Shown piece after piece: positions 8,108 through 18,143 of a stretch of 20,455 nt of DNA. How positions within the stretch are numbered: the stretch's first letter is position 1; each line of letters starts with the position of its first letter. The stretch spans positions 1 to 20,455 of the forward strand of contig CAVZJV010000012.1 of NCBI GenBank assembly GCA_963775685.1, written 5' to 3'. The stretch is from Candidatus Bathyarchaeota archaeon. Its GTDB lineage: Archaea; Thermoproteota; Bathyarchaeia; Bathyarchaeales; Bathycorpusculaceae. The notes beneath the pieces are model-generated. The model had not been told where the DNA came from and searched no databases. It saw only the letters and a list, made by a program, of their open reading frames with translations. Made by a program: the position numbers and the translations under genes.

Positions 8108-8416
8108 TCAAGGTAACTTATAATCTTTAATTTTATCTTGAATTTCTTGGACTTCTCTTAGTTTTTCTTCGATTAGTCTTTCCATAACCATCTTCAATGG
8201 TACAATGGAAAAAATGTTATTGTCGTCAAGTTTAATTTCCATAAAGCCTTTTTTTGTTAAGCGTTGAAGACTATCGGTCAATTCTTGGTCCCGAATGTCA
8301 AGTTCGCTCATAACCTCTTTTCTCTTATCGGATTTGTTTTTGGCAAAGAACACATAGATGTGCGCTTCCTTTGAAGTTAAACCTAAAATCATTAGCTCTT
8401 TAACGAGTTTTTCCAA
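8108..8416 (-). CDS. TrmB-like helix-turn-helix protein (N-terminal domain only)
   Basis: LGLTSKEAHIYVFF...L..L..KGF.E pattern followed by a coiled-coil tail. Confidence 0.7.
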   Translation of the reverse strand: MEKLVKELMILGLTSKEAHIYVFFAKNKSDKRKEVMSELDIRDQELTDSLQRLTKKGFMEIKLDDNNIFSIVPLKMVMERLIEEKLREVQEIQDKIKDYKLP

Positions 8417-8501
8417 TTTAAATCATGCTCCGGTAAGTGATTGGATGAGGAAAAAAGAAAAAAGAAGAGTGGTTGACTTGCTTTGTGTGCTATGTTTGTG
8501 G

Positions 8502-8825
8502 CTAAGGCTGAGTTATCACTTCACTGTAGTGAAAGTTTATGTGTCCAGCGACTTCAAACGGAGATGTAGCGCCAAGCCATAAAGGTACCGTTTCTTCTAC
8601 CCACGCAGGTGTTCGCATTTCACTTATTGGTTGTCGATAGTATCCTGAAGGCAATGTAGCGTTGGTCCCTGAATCAGCGTAGCTGTCTCCAATTACACGG
8701 AATTTCAGAGTCATTGGAGGAAGGGTGAAAATCATATCCCCATAAGCCACTACTGAACCTGCCCAAAGGTTGAATGGAAGATCTATTTGAACGCCACCAA
8801 TCTTTGTCAGGTTAACAATTAACAC
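8502..8825 (-). CDS. hypothetical protein (N-terminus possibly frameshifted, upstream to ~8971)
   Basis: 107-aa ORF followed by a pyrimidine-rich tract on the minus strand. A hydrophobic MTVAILAFSSLIVPL frame lies upstream. Confidence 0.45.
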   Translation of the reverse strand: MLIVNLTKIGGVQIDLPFNLWAGSVVAYGDMIFTLPPMTLKFRVIGDSYADSGTNATLPSGYYRQPISEMRTPAWVEETVPLWLGATSPFEVAGHINFHYSEVITQP

Positions 8826-9184
8826 GTTATTATCCGCCCCTGTTCGGCTATAGAAAAAGCCGAACTCTTAGTTTCATAGTCAATTTGATTGGGGCTTATT
8901 AACCCTGCACCATAGAAACCGACCGGAAGTGGCACAATCAAAGACGAAAATGCAAGGATAGCAACTGTCATCTTCTCCTCATTTCTCTTTGGACCTGCCT
9001 GCCCTTGCTTTTTCAGTCTAAATAACTGGCACGATATAGATTTTTAATAGTTAAGTTTTCACAGCTGTTTGGCTAAGTCTGACAAATTATCCCTTTCCTG
9101 CTTCAATCCGAGCTACTGGTTTGCCTATTTGGTATTTTTGTGAGCTTCATAAAAAGTTTGTTGGTGCCGCTTATTAAGCACCAT

Positions 9185-9631
9185 TCACTGGGCTCCTTTT
9201 GTTCCGCGTATTTCAAAATGTTCAACTGTGGCCGTATGAGTAAATGTCATCTGTATAGAGTTGTGAGTGCTATTGTTTGACAGAGTATAACGGTCAGGAT
9301 TCTGTTCGTAGTACTTCCAGACAAGAGAAATGTTTCCCCCAATCAAGTCTGTTGGAACTGTTATGTTAAAGCCAACAGTCTCTACAGTTGATCCGATGAA
9401 GTCGCAACTGACGTCGTTTGAATCTTGTTCAGGCAAGTAAACTTTCGGTGCAGCAGTCCAATTAGTTTCAACATTTATTATGTAGTTTTTCTCTCCAACT
9501 GAAACATTATAAGAGTACAGCTTGCTTGTTGCTTCTTGGTTCCTCGATAGATTAACCCATAGAATCCCAGTTGATAATGTAATGATTAGAATTACCCCTG
9601 CAACAATCACAGTCGATACTCTTCTCTTCAT
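9185..9631 (-). CDS. membrane-anchored extracellular hypothetical protein
   Basis: MKRR plus one hydrophobic helix, then a beta-rich domain (FNITVPTDLIGG) with several N-x-S/T sequons. Confidence 0.75.
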   Translation of the reverse strand: MKRRVSTVIVAGVILIITLSTGILWVNLSRNQEATSKLYSYNVSVGEKNYIINVETNWTAAPKVYLPEQDSNDVSCDFIGSTVETVGFNITVPTDLIGGNISLVWKYYEQNPDRYTLSNNSTHNSIQMTFTHTATVEHFEIRGTKGAQ

Positions 9632-9759
9632 AAGTACCAATTTATTTTAGATAGGTGATTTCGTCTAAAAAGGTCTTTTGTCAATATTTTGAGATCTAAT
9701 TTAATCTTACTTAGCACGTATTCTATAATAATGTGACGCGTGATGTTCTGTCGGCTGTC

Positions 9760-10416
9760 CTAAACCTTCTGGAATACAAGTTCCCTTTGCTTCTTTCCAG
9801 CTATTCGAATAACTCCGCCTTTTCTTAGACAGTAAGTTATTTGCCGCGCTGTCCTCACTGAAATCTTTGTCAGTTTGGCTAATTCGCGGTTGGTAAAAAC
9901 GCCTTGCAGGCCATCGGGTAATATTTTGAGATAATCAGCTGTGGTTTGAAAGAGCATTCGATCGTTAACCTTCAATAAGTTCCTTTCTTTGATGCTAACT
10001 CCTCTTCGTCTCCAGCTTCCTTTTCCATCATCGCATCTTAACTCCTCTTCATCGATGAATAATACTTCCAAAGAGAAGTTCTCTTCTCTAATCATATACG
10101 GGATCATGACCAGCTCGCGAAACAGGTCAGTCAACCTTCCCTTTCTTGGGGATTTCCGCTTATTCAAGACTACATTATCTTTGGTGACGTATGTTATCCA
10201 TTTCTTTTCCGGTAGTGGATAAACCAACCTCACTTGATATTTTTCAGTAAGCAATAGGAGCTTTTCTTTAAGAGCTGAAAAATTCTTGGTCTGAATTTCG
10301 ATGACTAAATTTCCCCTCAAGATATCGACGATGTAGCTACCTAATTTAACCTCAAATTGATCACCAGGAAGTGAGTAAACTTTCTTGATTTCTGAATGCA
10401 GAGAAAACTCTCTCAT
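9760..10416 (-). CDS. putative PD-(D/E)XK-like nuclease-fold protein with C-terminal wHTH
   Basis: H..IK..Y, IVDILRGNLVIEIQT (D...ExQ), C-terminal FTNRELAKLTKIS...A.QITYCLRK.G.I. Confidence 0.65.
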   Translation of the reverse strand: MREFSLHSEIKKVYSLPGDQFEVKLGSYIVDILRGNLVIEIQTKNFSALKEKLLLLTEKYQVRLVYPLPEKKWITYVTKDNVVLNKRKSPRKGRLTDLFRELVMIPYMIREENFSLEVLFIDEEELRCDDGKGSWRRRGVSIKERNLLKVNDRMLFQTTADYLKILPDGLQGVFTNRELAKLTKISVRTARQITYCLRKGGVIRIAGKKQRELVFQKV

Positions 10417-10709
10417 TGTTCTCAAAAGGCTAACTGGCAACTAATAAGCCTATTTTGTGGTCTAGGGCAAAGAATTGAAAATCAAGAGATAGTGATTTGT
10501 AATAATTATCCCAAATACGTAAACTCTATAACATCAGTAAGTAAAAGAGTGGTGAAGTGGAAACCTTGGCAGTTCAAAATCCTACCTGCCAGCACAAAAG
10601 CAATCGGGACAAGCTTCCAATCATATGCAAACGATATACGTAGGAGTCTTCTCTTGATTTTCACAACAAACATTAACAAAATTGAAGCACATTTAAAGTT
10701 CTAAAAAAG

Positions 10710-12134
10710 GTGAACAAATTGCTAGGAAATAGCTCTCAAACTCTAAGTCACATCAAGGCTGACGGAAATAACAAAGATCAAACGTATGAACAGAGGTACC
10801 GTCGTTTTTACCTGGAATCAGACATCAATCAGTCTAGAAAAGCTGCCTTTCTGTTCTCACTACCAATTTTAGGGTTCATCTTCAATGATTATCTGTTCTT
10901 TGGTTTTTCTTCTTTGTTTTTTGGTTTGATAACCATACGAGCTTTTCTTCTTTTAATTATTGGCCTCGAGATAGTTCAGATCAGAAAAATAAAAACACCT
11001 CGTAGCTATGACTTTCTCATTTTCTGGTCCACCATATCCTTGATAATTGGTGGAGGCATCATTAACATGACGCGACCAGAAAACTTCATTCTGCACGCCG
11101 TTGTCACCATAATGTCTTTATTTGTTCTTTTTTTGGTTGTCCCGCTCAAGTTTTTCTATCAAAGTCTTCTAGGTTCGGTTATGGTTATTGGCGAAATTCT
11201 CATAGTTGTTTTTCTTGCCCACAGTTCCGAGGTTTCTGTTGTTTATTCTATAGTGTTTAGTCTAATTGCATCTTTTGCTATCGCAGTGTTGAGTTCTAGG
11301 CAATTTCATCTGTATAGACGAAAGAGTTTCGATGAATTTGTAAATCGGCAAACGTTGCAGGAATCCCTAAAGCAACACGCTGATCATTTGTCAGAGTTAG
11401 TTGAAGTGCGAACTAAAGAGCTTGTTGAGACTCAGGCTATGGTTCTGAAATCTGAACGGTTTGCTGCTATCGGAGAATTGGCGGGTATGATTGGGCATGA
11501 CTTGCGCAATCCTCTCGCTGGAATAAAGAATGCTACGTATTATCTGAGAAAAAAACAGGGAAGTTTCGTGGGCGACAGCGGTATGCAGATGCTAAACACA
11601 ATTGACAAGGCGGTTGAGTACTCGAATAAGGTAATCAATGATTTGCTCGATTACGGTCGGGAAATTCGTTTGGAATTAGAGGAATGTACGCCTAAATCTT
11701 TGATTGATTATGTCTTGCTTACTCTAAAAATTCCTAAAAACATCAAGATTTTGGATCATACCCAGAGTTCGCCCACTATATTTGCCGATGTTAACAAGAT
11801 TGTACGAGTCTTCACTAACCTAATAACTAATGCCCTTGACGCTTTGGCTGAAAATGGAGGCATTCTTGAGATAACTAGCCGTCAAACCGGTGATAAACTG
11901 AAGTTAGTGTTTGCTGATACAGGAGTTGGAATACCTCCTGAGGTAATGGAAAAGATTTTCACCCCACTGTTTACAACGAAAGCGCAGGGGATGGGGTTTG
12001 GATTGGCGATTTGTAAGAGAATCGTAGAGACTCATGGAGGAACAATAACAGTTGAAAGCACTTTGACTAAAGGAACCACCTTTACTGTAATATTGCCAAT
12101 TAGTCAAACGTCAAAACAATTGATTATTGATTAA
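10710..12134 (+). CDS. membrane sensor histidine kinase
   Basis: About 6 N-terminal TM helices; H-box GHDLRNPL, N-box NLITNALDA, DTGVGIP, IFTPLFTTK, GMGFGLAI. Confidence 0.92.
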   Translation: MNKLLGNSSQTLSHIKADGNNKDQTYEQRYRRFYLESDINQSRKAAFLFSLPILGFIFNDYLFFGFSSLFFGLITIRAFLLLIIGLEIVQIRKIKTPRSYDFLIFWSTISLIIGGGIINMTRPENFILHAVVTIMSLFVLFLVVPLKFFYQSLLGSVMVIGEILIVVFLAHSSEVSVVYSIVFSLIASFAIAVLSSRQFHLYRRKSFDEFVNRQTLQESLKQHADHLSELVEVRTKELVETQAMVLKSERFAAIGELAGMIGHDLRNPLAGIKNATYYLRKKQGSFVGDSGMQMLNTIDKAVEYSNKVINDLLDYGREIRLELEECTPKSLIDYVLLTLKIPKNIKILDHTQSSPTIFADVNKIVRVFTNLITNALDALAENGGILEITSRQTGDKLKLVFADTGVGIPPEVMEKIFTPLFTTKAQGMGFGLAICKRIVETHGGTITVESTLTKGTTFTVILPISQTSKQLIID

Positions 12135-12161
12135 CGAAAGGACAAGAAACTTGGGAAAACT

Positions 12162-12335
12162 CTATTTTAAAATGGTTATGAGTATCTTAGCGGCCGTTTC
12201 TGGAAGTATCTCTATAACCTCTTGGTCGTTTATGTCGTGCCAGTTCTCATAAGCTTCTGCGCCAGCTTCAGGGCTGTCCATAAATTCAGATATGCATTCT
12301 CTGAGAACTGAATCTTCATCAATCTTTGCTGTCAA
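12162..12335 (-). CDS. small acidic hypothetical protein, 57 aa (not in ORF track)
   Basis: TTG 12335 to TAG 12162: MTAKIDEDSVLRECISEFMDSPEAGAEAYENWHDINDQEVIEILPETAAKILITILK; it fills the gap convergent with the kinase. Confidence 0.45.
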   Translation of the reverse strand: MTAKIDEDSVLRECISEFMDSPEAGAEAYENWHDINDQEVIEILPETAAKILITILK

Positions 12336-12482
12336 GACCTAAACCTGCAGATAACTATTGAGCCACTCCGGGTCAGCCTTACTTTTAGACTGGCAGTTGC
12401 CGGTTTGTGACCCGATTTAGTTCCAACAAGGTCTTTTATTGTTGAAATCGGCAATATTCTTTGCTTATTATGGTGGAAACAA

Positions 12483-13010
12483 ATGAAAAAGATGTTGATT
12501 TTGCTCGAAAAAGGAGTCGAGGATTCAGAGTTTATTTATCCTTATTACCGATTTCAGGAAGAAGACTACAAGGTGGACATCGTTGCTCCCAAAGCCAAGA
12601 ACCAATACGTCGGCAAATGCGGTGTAACCTTTACCTCAGAGTTTTCGCCCAATGAGGTAAGTTTGGATGATTATGATGCAGTCATTATACCCGGTGGTAA
12701 TGCGCCTGACCGTATGCGTATACATCCAGACATGGTAGAGTTGGTACGGGTGGCAAATAGTAAAGGCAAGATTATCGCTGCGATTTGCCATGGCCCTCAA
12801 ATGCTCATCGAAGCGGATATTGTTCGAGGAAAGACAGCCACGAGTTGGCTTTCTGTCCGAACGGATTTAAGGAATGCTGGTGCAAAAGTTGTAGACGAAG
12901 CTGTCGTAGTTGATGGAAACATTGTGACTTCCCGTTCTCCAGATGACTTGCCAGCTTTCTGCCGAGTAACCATAAATCTCTTAGCTGACAATAAGAAGGA
13001 CCCGCTATAA
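12483..13010 (+). CDS. pfpI: DJ-1/PfpI-family protease/deglycase (type 1 glutamine amidotransferase-like)
   Basis: GVEDSE, YDAVIIPGG.APD.MR, AAICHGP nucleophile elbow, VVVDGNIVTSRSPDDLPAF. Confidence 0.92.
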   Translation: MKKMLILLEKGVEDSEFIYPYYRFQEEDYKVDIVAPKAKNQYVGKCGVTFTSEFSPNEVSLDDYDAVIIPGGNAPDRMRIHPDMVELVRVANSKGKIIAAICHGPQMLIEADIVRGKTATSWLSVRTDLRNAGAKVVDEAVVVDGNIVTSRSPDDLPAFCRVTINLLADNKKDPL

Positions 13011-13250
13011 CTGTAGAATGTTTATTCTATGTTTGAGCAGGACTTGGAGATTTCCTGTCCGTGCTAAGCAGACGACAAAGCTAATTTCGTTGAAACTGAA
13101 AAAAGTAAAAGTCGATAAACGAAGACAATCTTTGGATTGCTGTGCTTAATTTTATCAGTTGTTTATTATTATTTTTGGATGATGAAAAAACTGTTATGCA
13201 TACGTAATCCTGAATAAGTAAAAATTTCAATCTAAACAAGGTTTATCTTA

Positions 13251-14310
13251 ATGGAAATTGAAGCGTCTCTGGTGGTGAGTCCCTCTGTTAAGAGGTGGAT
13301 AGTCTTTGCGGCTCTATTAGGTTACTCGGGGCTTGTTCTGTCCCTCTTCTACTTTGTAGGTATTGCTCAGTTAATTTCAGTTATTGGAAAAGTAACCTTG
13401 GCATCTTCGCCTTCGCCAACACCAGCGTAATCATATCTCTAATTTTCTATACACTCGTTTGGCTGCAACTCCTAAGATTGCTTCAATAAAACGCACCTTC
13501 AAAAGACATACGCCTTTACTGGGTGGAGTATTCGTCGACAACCTAATCCCAGGTGGCTGGTCAGGCGACCTCTTCAAGGCTTATAAACAAAGACCCAACA
13601 ATAGAGAGTGAAAATCCCGTCGCATCCGTCGTAGCCAAGAACATGTATGAAGCAATATTCAACTTGGGCAACATATTTCTCAGGGTAGCTCTGTTGTTGT
13701 TGAATTACTATTTTGAGGACACCCTACTCTTCACACTTGGAGGCATAATGCCTTTGTTAACTTTGCCTCTACTCATTCTGCTCGTAGCTAGTTTCAAGCC
13801 AAAGAGCGCCCTAAAAATCGTTGCTGCTTTCTTTCGTTTCCGCAAAGATGGTTCGAAACCGTAGACGCTTTGATACGCTCCAATCAAAGTACAAAAAGCA
13901 CTAGGAGACTACACGATGGAATGAAGATACTGTTACAAAACTCGAGAATGCTCTCCAAACCTATGTTGCTCTCATTTTTAGCCTGGGTTTTTGAAGTTAT
14001 GACACTGATCTTTGTATTCGTGTCCTTGGGTCAATTTATTCCTCAAGACAAAGTAATAATCGTCCAGTCAATCGCAGGCAACGTTGAATCCCAGGGCTTC
14101 GCGTTCGTCGGGTACTCTCAAATAATCACAAGCGAACTCTACAGGACACTCGGCGTGCCATTCACTATAAGTGCCTTTGTCGCTCTGTTAGGCGGGATGG
14201 TGATTTTCTGGGTAAAACCGGAATTTTCTACGTTACTTTTCATCGCACAATCTTTTCTTCACAAAAAAATAAACGCAAAAATGACAAGCACCAGAAACCT
14301 AACCAACTAA
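13251..14310 (+). pseudogene. lysylphosphatidylglycerol-synthase-TM/UPF0104 flippase-like membrane protein, multiply disrupted
   Basis: ATG 13251; hydrophobic segments switch frames repeatedly. Motif FVDNLIPGGWSGDLFKAY, then SVVAKNMYEAIF and SFLAWVFE. Confidence 0.7.
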
Positions 14311-14465
14311 TATCGAAAAACAAATTCTTCATCCAAAAATAGCTGATTGGTCTTTATTAGAGCTTAAACCAAAAGCAACTGACGATTCCAGATAATTGCT
14401 TCTTCTTTCAATTGCGCATTTTGTTAAAGGAAGACCTAAAATTTCTTAATTAACAATATTATTTG

Positions 14466-14720
14466 CTAGTCGGAGTCGGTTTTAAGTGTCCTTAACCGTT
14501 TTGTAAGCTCAGTTCTGACGATGGCATCTTTTTCCCTTTTCAAGGCATTATGCAAAAGCCTACTAGCAACTTCTATGCTGCTTGCGCCAAAAACTCTACT
14601 GAAAACGTTTGAGGGCTTACTCGGCGAAATTGCTGTTTGGGGAAGGATGCAGACAAAGTTTAGAGGGTAATGCTTTGATTTGTCCAGATCCACAACTACA
14701 ACTTGAACTTCTGTTTTCAT
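14466..14720 (-). CDS. hypothetical protein
   Basis: ATG 14720: MKTEVQVVVVDLDKSKHYPLNFVCILP...FSRVFG...A..LL..ALKREKD; globular composition. Confidence 0.65.
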   Translation of the reverse strand: MKTEVQVVVVDLDKSKHYPLNFVCILPQTAISPSKPSNVFSRVFGASSIEVASRLLHNALKREKDAIVRTELTKRLRTLKTDSD

Positions 14721-15085
14721 CGAGTATTCGGTTCTACCACTCTGCTTTTTAAGAAGGACTAAACTGGGCTTCATGACATGTTTCTTCTCCCAATTTTTTT
14801 TGGAGCTCCGGGCAAGATCGCAGCTCACTTGAAATGTTCCTCAATTTAGATCATAAACTTGTGTGTGTATTAGCAAGATATGACGAGCCATGCAGGTGAC
14901 TGCATAACTGAAAATAATAAGACCATTTATTGCTGGTGTGCTATTGACGTTGTTTTTTAGATTTTGAAAGGGTCAATAGCGGTGGGGTCGGAGAATGCGA
15001 TAAAGTATGCCAGAAAGAATAATAAAGCGCTTGGTTTTTTTGGTTTAAGTCAAAGCGGGCAGCAATATCTAAACGAGAACTAAAA

Positions 15086-15428
15086 ATGTCGCTTCTGTTC
15101 ATCGCTTTAATATTGGGATTAATAGCTCTAAGTGTCCTTCTTTTGGTTACACAATACTGGTTTGTCTGGCCTGCCATCATAGTCTGCGTGTTAGTTGCAG
15201 TCGGGATACTTTGCGGCATCAAAAGAAGCTTACCGGTGTCCATCATGCGACAAACCGTTTAAGATTACAGCACTTCAAGACTTCTTTGCGCCACATGGAA
15301 TAACCAAAGGGTCAAACGGACAACTCTACGAGTGGAAACTACTCAAATGCCCTTGTGCAATAAAAGAGAAAAAAGCTACCGCACAAAGCAATAGAAGAGA
15401 AGCATATAACTCCGAAGGAAAAATTTAG
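15086..15428 (+). CDS. two-TM membrane protein with C-terminal zinc ribbon; frameshift at GGG ~15203-15205
   Basis: MSLLFIALILGLIALSVLLLVTQYWFVWPAIIVCVLVAV joins GYFAASKEAYRCPSC...PHG...KLLKCP.C after removing one G. Confidence 0.6.
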
Positions 15429-15913
15429 AATTGCTTTCTTTGGTTTATGATGTCGCAGACTTGGTCAGGGGTCTTAGATGAAAAGACAAACACTCTTCCC
15501 GCCCTGGGAGTAACCTCGACAGCATTGGCAAAGGAAGTCGTATACGCCAACGAACCGTCAAGCCCAACCCTAACACCTATCCCGAGGTATCTGCCGAAGG
15601 CTTTGGTTTTTTTACAGGAGACAATGTCTTTGAGTAAGAAGGATTTTTTGTCGAATCTCCCATAAGCAACAAAGAGTTGCTGGCCACTAATTGTTATTTG
15701 AAGACCGCGATAATTATAGAACACTAACAGCAGGATAGCTAATATCCCCCAAGCCAACGAAACACTAAGAATATTCTCAATGGGCAATTCTTTGCTGAAA
15801 ATAAAAACTGCGAAAGTCACAAAAACAACGATCAAACTAATCATCGCGAATAAACCCTTAACTAAAGCCCCTGCAGGAACCCACTCGCTGTATTTGATAT
15901 TTTCCATGTCCAA
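15425..15913 (-). CDS. membrane protein, two TM helices plus bacterial-PH-like domain
   Basis: Y.E start, two hydrophobic helices, LQITISGQQLFVAYG, GIGVR, VFSSKTPD. Confidence 0.75.
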   Translation of the reverse strand: MDMENIKYSEWVPAGALVKGLFAMISLIVVFVTFAVFIFSKELPIENILSVSLAWGILAILLLVFYNYRGLQITISGQQLFVAYGRFDKKSFLLKDIVSCKKTKAFGRYLGIGVRVGLDGSLAYTTSFANAVEVTPRAGRVFVFSSKTPDQVCDIINQRKQF

Positions 15914-16112
15914 AATATCAGAATGGCGCCAGATAAGTTTTTGTCATTCTAAACAATGAAAGATAAAAATGAGGAGTGCTTTGCAAGAGAAGAGCGAATT
16001 TTCCATACTTCCTGGTTTTAGCCGATATTCTTAATCCTGATTTTGATAATGCAGTTAATTTCTTTTAACTTAAAAAGAAAGTAACTATATTACAAATAGA
16101 CAGATGACCTGA

Positions 16113-16445
16113 ATGCTAAATTGGACAATCGTTGACTCAGATGGCAGCCTCTTTTCAAGGGGAAAACACGATTATTACGCAATACTTGTTCGAGGAACCC
16201 CCGAAGAACACCCTAAGGACTGCATCGTAGAACTGTATGTGACGAATAAAGAGATGACAATTCTCGAGATTAAGACCAGCGCATACAGTGAACAAATGAA
16301 ACTATTATCACGCTCAATTATTTTGGGGAACTTGTTACCCATGGCAAGTATAGGTCAAGTCATTGATGAAATGAAAGAGACAGCAGAGAGACGAGAGAAA
16401 GAGAATCCCTATAGCTCAATTTCTAGCGATTATAGGTCAAAATAA
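16113..16445 (+). CDS. hypothetical protein
   Basis: 110-aa ATG ORF with protein-like composition. Confidence 0.55.
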   Translation: MLNWTIVDSDGSLFSRGKHDYYAILVRGTPEEHPKDCIVELYVTNKEMTILEIKTSAYSEQMKLLSRSIILGNLLPMASIGQVIDEMKETAERREKENPYSSISSDYRSK

Positions 16446-16583
16446 AACAAGTCGATAAAAGGCCCTGCTAAGATATTCCACATTTGAGCTTAGTCCTTGT
16501 AAATTCAGAACATAGATTTGGAGTTTTTTGTTTTTGACAAGTCTTAAATCTGCAATGCGTAGAAATAAACAAGCGAGTTGTGA

Positions 16584-16796
16584 ATGAATTTGCCGATGGA
16601 CTTTGAAGTTTTTGAACCAAACGATGAACACATTGCACAGATTATAGTAAGAATTCTTGAGGAAAGAGGTTATAATGCGGACTATCAAATCGGTTACCCC
16701 CACAATAAGATCTTCATAAAAGTCGACGACAAACAAGAGGCAGACAAAATTTCAGGCATAATTAGAAAGTTCATGAAAAAATCACAATTTAAATGA
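16584..16796 (+). CDS. small hypothetical protein
   Basis: 70-aa ORF with an alpha/beta pattern; the start may be the internal ATG (MDFEVF). Confidence 0.6.
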   Translation: MNLPMDFEVFEPNDEHIAQIIVRILEERGYNADYQIGYPHNKIFIKVDDKQEADKISGIIRKFMKKSQFK

Positions 16797-17112
16797 GAGT
16801 GGAATAACAACTTCCAAATTAAACACATTAACCAGTAAACTCGGCAGCTTAATACCCGAAACACCAAACAAGAAACAAGAAAAACTCGTAGAGAATACAG
16901 AAAAGAAAACAGAAAACAACGAGATTGACCACTCTGAAAAATCAGAAAGCGAAGTTTACAATAATGACAAGCTTGAAGAATTGAGAAGCAAAATCACTGA
17001 AAAGCTCAATCAATTAAATACTCAAATTGCGCAAACTCCAAACGACCGCTCAAACGAAAAGAGAAGGCTTGAAAGAGACACTCTGCTTTGGGTTCTTCAG
17101 AATATGCAGTGA
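16793..17112 (+). CDS. hypothetical charged/coiled-coil protein (not in ORF track)
   Basis: Stop-free frame 16804-17112 (ITTSKLNTL...ERDTLLWVLQNMQ). ATG 16793 overlaps the upstream TGA (ATGA) and is in frame if one A is added at 16803-16804. Confidence 0.55.
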
Positions 17113-17230
17113 TTACTCAGAAGGGCTTGTTGCCAATCACAACGATGCAAGCAGCTAACATGACTTAGAAATAAGCAATTTATGCCAAACGAATCACTAT
17201 AGGTAAACGACTAGCAGAAACAGGTACAGA

Positions 17231-17933
17231 GGAATTAACGCTACTGACGGAACCGAAATCTTCACCCTTAACGCATATACCAGTGCATTTAATACTCCAA
17301 CAGCTGCTATCGCAGACGGCTTTGCAACATTCTTCAACGGCTATGACAACCAAATTTACAGCGTAGGCAGAGGACCAAGCTCATTAACGGTGCAAGCACC
17401 AAAGATATCAAACGAACTAGGCAAATCGCTCATTATTGACGGTACAGTAATGGACGTTTCTGCCGGTACAAAGCAGTCTCAGCAGGTTGCAGACTTCCCC
17501 AACGGAGTACCTGTATCATCTGACGTATCCATGAAGAACTAGATGGGCTATTGTCTACCAACAAAAACCAGTACCCAGCGGCTTCATAGGTGATTATGTC
17601 ACAGTAGACGTAATAGACTCAAACGGCAACTTCCGAAATATCGGCAAAACACAAACTGACCAAACCGGAATGTACACCTTAACATGGAAACCTGACATTG
17701 CTGGCAGCTACAAAGTCATCGCAACTTTCCACGGCAACAACGGATACTGGCCATCATACTCAGAAACATCCTTCGTAGTAGATCCAGCAGCACCAACTCT
17801 CGCACCAGTCGCTACCACTCAATCAAACGCAGCAACAACATCAGACCTACTGCTGTATATGTCCGTCGGAGTAATTGCCATAATCATTGCAATAGCCGTA
17901 GTCGGCTTACTACTGTTAAAGAAAAAGCCATAA
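17231..17933 (+). pseudogene. C-terminal fragment of a PQQ-binding-like beta-propeller surface protein
   Basis: INATDGTEIFTL, AIADG...NGYDNQIYSVGRGPS, GTVMDVSAGTKQ, FPNGVP, DSNGNFRNIG, WKPDIAG, YWPS, TM anchor plus KKKP. In-frame TAG at 17540-17542, frameshift ~17551, N-terminus absent. Confidence 0.8.
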
Positions 17934-17954
17934 AACAAGCAAATAATAAAAAAT

Positions 17955-17970
17955 TCCCTTCTTTATTTTT
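17955..17970 (+). terminator. pyrimidine/T-rich terminator-like tract
   Basis: TCCCTTTCTTTATTTTT shortly after the stop at 17933. Confidence 0.4.
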
Positions 17971-18143
17971 CTAAACTTCGATAGCAATGGGCAAACTTCA
18001 AGTTAACACGCTTTGAAAATGAGATTAATGCTGAAATACATCAAGAAGCGAACAAGCAGACCCTTACGCGTTTTCACTATAGTCCTCTTGATTCCCAACG
18101 ACTTTATCCACCTTTTACTGCCATGAATGTCTTCTCGTAGCCA

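Noticed and set aside
10396-10704. 102-aa ORF in a divergent intergenic region
   Set aside because: Overlaps the start of the minus-strand gene and has no motif or SD
14941-15246. 101-aa minus-strand ORF
   Set aside because: Antisense to the membrane/zinc-ribbon gene
16437-16736. 99-aa minus-strand ORF
   Set aside because: Antisense to the better-looking 16584..16796 ORF
17540-17542. pyrrolysine read-through at an in-frame TAG
   Set aside because: The gene is also 5'-truncated and frameshifted, and the position corresponds to a likely Trp
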